Made by a program: the position numbers and the translations under genes. 35,714 nt of DNA from Perkinsus chesapeaki ATCC PRA-425 (taxonomy: Eukaryota > Protista > Perkinsozoa). Below are positions 31,414 through 35,714 of the stretch, one piece after another; position 1 is the stretch's first letter, and each line of letters starts with the position of its first letter. Where the stretch lies: the NCBI GenBank assembly GCA_013115145.1, contig JAAPAO010000366.1:1-35714 (forward strand). The letters are read 5' to 3'. The notes under the pieces were generated by a model. The model was not told the DNA's origin, searched no databases, and saw only the letters and a program-made list of their open reading frames with translations.

Positions 31414-34015
31414 TTATAGAAAATCACGTGGGGCAGCTGAGCAAACTGCGGAAGCAATGAAGAAAACGAGCACAATCACGGGGGTCATAGGAGTAGTCGA
31501 TGCGGCAGCAGATCGTGGTAAGGGCACGTCTAATAGAATTGTAGTAGTTGTCGCTGTAGTAGTAGTTGTTGTAGTTGTAGTAGTAGTTGTACTTGTAGTT
31601 GTAGTTGTAGTTGTAGTAGGATATGTAGAGGACCACTTGAATCTAACCCAGTCGATTACTGTGGTCTGACACGCAAATTCAAAAGCCAGATCACATCGAA
31701 AATAAACTACCCGGTTGGTATAAAGCGACAAACAGAGAATGTGAATGAACGTTTCGTTATATTCCGGATATTCCTGTATCGTAAGGTCTACCGGGCGACC
31801 AGGTTGATACCTGAAGGACTAGGATAAGATTCGAAGCCTAGTAGGCTTAGCCTACCACGGCCGATCACCAGTTCAGGTCACGGTGACGAGAACGGAAAGC
31901 GGAAAACATAATGCTTTGTATACTATACAGTACTAGTAGTACCGCAGATTCTGCAGCGCATGAAGCCCGGAGGCCCATGTAGAGTCTACATTGTAGACCC
32001 TACCGGATTCCGAGAAACTTACTTAGCGTAGCCATAATCTTCTGTGTTGTAGCAATTCTATTATCCAGGATAGCTCCACGGAGCGACTCTATATTCATAT
32101 GTAACATGCTCATACGGCTTTCAAAAAGCCTCTCCCTGTAAGCAATGCAGCATAAGAAATGTCACTATGCTAAAACGCGGTAGAGTGTACCCTCTGGTGA
32201 GAATAATGATGTCTTTGTTATTTAACTGCTCCACAGCACGCGGTATCAAACCATGGGTCTGAAGAAACAGAGTAACGAGCAAAGGGCGGCAGTCACATTT
32301 CCTTAGATCGACGAAAAAGGGTCGAGCCTCTTTAGAGGACTCATTGTAAACGTAACCCTTCACAAGGGACTCGTTATCGGGTTCAGTGTCAGTGCACATC
32401 ACTAACAGAAGGTCATCATAAATGCTATCGGGGGTTATATCTAATCGAAATACTCATCTGTGGTACCAAAATTTTTATGTACGAAGTTTCAGGATAGCCC
32501 TAAATTTGAGATTTGTTCGGATTTCACAAGGTGTAGCCCTCCCGACTTCTTCGCTGAGATCTTGAGCATTGGTTCCATCGAGACCATTCGGGTATCTTAA
32601 ATGGAAAATAATCGGACTTATAATACTTCATGGGTGTAGTACTTTATGATTGAGCTTTTTCCGAAACTACCATAAAACTCTCCTGCAAGGCCACCTTTAT
32701 AGGGGCCATTGTGAGTGAGTAATACGGTCCAGTCATCTTGGTTCTCCAGTTTATCCACTTTGAACACCGAGCCTTCGATGTACGAGGCACGAGTCAGGAA
32801 AGGGTTGCTCATCGTCATGAATTGGCTGAGACAGGTTAAAGTTCGCTATGAATGAACAGTGAAGTTTAACGCGACTTTCGTCTCACTTAGGAGCGCAAGC
32901 CATCAGCACCTCCGAACCATTCTCGCTGACAAGTAGAGATGTGGGATAGACATCACCAGCCGGGTACTCCTTCATCGTCAGGCCGTCGATATACGTGAGA
33001 TAACCTACAGTGGAGCGGTTATATTATGAAAGCTGAGCCGAAGTATACCCTCAATTATGTTGAATAGTGTATGATTAAAGAATTTACGACTCTCTATATC
33101 ATATTTAATCTTTAACTGATGAGTGACAGTAGATATGATGAATATACGACCCATCAGAGTCGGTACCATTTTACGAGCAACTATGGAAAAAGCTGAAGGA
33201 CTACTGAAAGGGCATGTGCTCGTGCAATGCGGCGTGCGGGCCCTCTAACTTCGTCGACTCCGTAGACAATGCCCGGACTCCAATTCCAACTAAACTCGAC
33301 AATGCTGGAGACCCTGTATTTAGCATGCATTACCGTACATTCAACAATACCAAGGGGAGACACTGACCAAATTCCTTTTTAAAGACAAATTGAGGTAACC
33401 CGGACGTCCACTGTTTGTAAAATTGAACAAGTCCACCCATCGGTCACACACGCGTGCGCATCATGCGTGTCACGGGTATGTTCGGTTCTGTAATTTCGAA
33501 CTTCCGCGGCAGTTACGAACCGAAGATACAATCTTGTGATGTCAAACTGGCGACATTGTTGCCTCCGTTGTTGTTTTCCGTCACGATCGAGCTCTCCTCC
33601 AATCTACCTGTGTTAAGCTAATTTGCGGACAACCGGTTAGAATTATATGACGTGAGATCGTAGTTTCACGCAAATTTACAGAGTCTCCGACAGTTAAGCG
33701 ACATAATCGAAGGATAAACCCAACGGTTTTTTCCTAACCGGTTAGGAATAATACAGATTTCGATGCTTTCGTCGAGTACACCCGTCGTGCGTTTCGTCAC
33801 CTAGAGACTCTACCCCGTAGTTGTCCCGCGAATTCGCATTCGCCAACCCATGTTGCCCAGATTCGATGCATCCGTACAACTGCATGCTTGAACAGGTCTT
33901 GCATGTACGGTATACATACTACCATATATGGTAAATGATATATCACTATGTTCAAGTAGTAGTGAGCACCGCTCAGTACGGCTTGTTCTAGGATTCTTTC
34001 GTAGTCTATGTGCAT
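31414..34015 (-). CDS. Putative surface protein: beta-propeller-like region, Thr-rich mucin stalk, hydrophobic C-terminus (GPI or TM)
   Basis: Phase-consistent GT-AG exons 33004-32887, 32825-32643, 32595-32528, 32401-32191, 32135-32023, 31985-31943, 31810-31414. The last exon encodes YPTTTTTTTTSTTTTTTTTTTTATTTT..PRSAAAS..VIVLVFFIASAVCS. Exons above 33004 (to an ATG at 34015) are tentative. Confidence 0.6.
31541..31619 (-). repeat. ACT/ACA trinucleotide-type repeat encoding a poly-Thr tract
   Basis: GTA/GTT run on the plus strand equals about 25 Thr codons in the minus-strand exon. Confidence 0.85.
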
Positions 34016-34544
34016 GCGTGCTATAATAATCTATAGCTAAGCGGCCGGCGCGGTTGGTTATCGCCTGCCCTTGGTGTGTTCTTGTTTATCACTCCTATCC
34101 CTAGCGTAAGCTAACTATCCCTCAAGGTCCCTCCTGTTGTGTTAACGCATCTGAGCCTCTAGTCCTACATCAACTAACTACTTAACCGAACCCGATAACA
34201 GGCTCTGTTTAGGACGGATAGTAGTTCTCAGGCATTCGCCTTGACGAGCATTACTTTGTATTGCTAGGTGTTCTCTTTAATACAGGAGTTGTTCCATGTT
34301 CAGTTGGTTGTTAGAATGTTCAGGGTTGTTAATTACTAATCAACTTGAACAGTTGAATTGTTTACAGAGTCACTAACACAGCATCCATACAATGGTTCAC
34401 TTATGTTCCATGCTATACACAAAGAACAGTCAAATGATGACGACAGCAACTAGAAAAGACTACGTACCAGAAATAGATAAAAAAACAAATAGCCGATAGA
34501 GGCACCAAAAGGATACACAAAAAACACACTTGTCAAATTCAAAG

Positions 34545-35003
34545 TCATCTTCCATCGGCCGTGACAGAGGATGATTGCGAGGAGTTAACATATTTATCAA
34601 GCCATTCCTTGAGTCTTTGGTCACCCTCTGTTCCTCGCACGAGATCTTCACGCATTATCTGGGTAATAGGAACACCTTCATCGATTCCAGAAAAATCGTT
34701 ATTGGCTTGGCGTTGTTCCGCTTGTAACCTCTCCAATCGCCGACGCTTCTGGACATCGTGCAGCTCACTGCGAATTCTTGCTATCGACCCCTAAAGATAG
34801 AGGACCTTCTGTCGAGACTAGGGCGTTTCAGTTGGGCTTACGTCTGTATCCTCTCGGGCAATAACTGATGTGAAGGCTTGCTGATGTCGTCTAACCTCAG
34901 CGAGCCGGCTAGCTGCAAGCTTCACGGTCTCTATCACAGAGCGTGGCTTCCCAGTTAATTCGCCTTGAGCAAGGCCTGCATCATGGAGGGTTGTGGTAGG
35001 CAT
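34545..35003 (-). CDS. Hypothetical protein, at least 2 exons
   Basis: Exon 35003-34842 (MPTTTLHDAG..IAREDTD), 51-nt intron GTAAGC..TTTAG (34841-34791), exon 34790-34545 (GSIARIRSELHDVQKRRRLERLQAEQ..DGR*). In phase; further 5' exons are possible. Confidence 0.55.
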
Positions 35004-35714
35004 GGAATCAATATTTAACTAATCCAAAGATTCGAGCGGCATGAATTATCGTTCACCTTCTTGCATTTGCACGCAAGATATTTTCCGGATGTGGTCTGGC
35101 GCGTTCGTCGCGCGACACTGCAGAGTTTCACCAATAACGATTCTCCGCGTGGTGCCACGCCGCTCGTTCGGTACGTGCCCCATGTAACATGGCACTCAAC
35201 TAACTAACGTAAGACTACTAGCCAGCAACTTTTACATCAATGTTTGTATTTGACTGAACCGGTTGTTAACACGCAACAAAGTTGAAGTTTTGGCATTGCC
35301 AACTTGGGAAGTCCACCGAACGCACGTGGCCAATTCATGAAGATTCTGAAACTACGAGTGTGTTGCACTTAGAGTTTGAAGGGAATCTAGTTTGAATCTG
35401 TCGAATATTATGTGGTTAACACAAAAAGTATGTTGTGGTTGGAAAAGACAGGAAGGTCGCGAAGACCAAACAAGAGTAGGAAATGACTCCTCAATTCAGC
35501 TACACATACATCAAGTCGGAGGAGAGGGATATGCTGCTGGACATTTACCACCCCTGAGACAAGCGGCTATAGAGGCGAATACCGATGTGGGAATTACTTC
35601 TCCTCAAAAGCGGCGCACAAAGCATACGTGAAAGCGCCATGGACGGGTTTCCCGTTGATTGTGGGCCATGGAGTCCATCCGTGAGGGGGTTGAAGGGAGT
35701 GGGTCTCTAAAAAC

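Noticed and set aside
31361-31669. Plus-strand 102-aa ORF with a long Val run as a membrane protein
   Set aside because: It is the antisense mirror of the poly-Thr tract in the spliced minus-strand gene.
32528-32595. IPEWSRWNQCS as a thrombospondin type-1 motif
   Set aside because: The phase-consistent splice path (aa|a..t|tg) uses another frame (KYPNGLDG..). The WSxW frame cannot join the next exon.

Overview
Intron-rich eukaryotic (alveolate, most likely Perkinsus-like) genomic DNA with two assembly gaps. The ORF track mostly shows single exons or noise, so I rebuilt genes by hand from splice phases. Well supported: tRNA-Glu(CTC), TYW1 (+, 12 exons), an atypical MAP2-type MAPK with a TGH activation motif (+, 13 exons), an ABHD17-like alpha/beta hydrolase (+, 5' end not found), and COG2 (+, about 18 exons). 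Less certain: a minus-strand surface protein with a Thr-rich stalk and hydrophobic C-terminus, and several hypothetical genes. Decayed LTR-retroelement relics, two minisatellites and several perfect short hairpins lie between and within genes. The most notable signals are a near-perfect Perkinsus-type spliced-leader copy inside a COG2 intron and five intronic tRNA B-box/3'-half motifs, three of which make up most of 47-62 nt introns. TYW1 also has a predicted Cys/Gly-rich tail. I see no complete new multi-gene system; product names come from remembered family motifs, not database searches.
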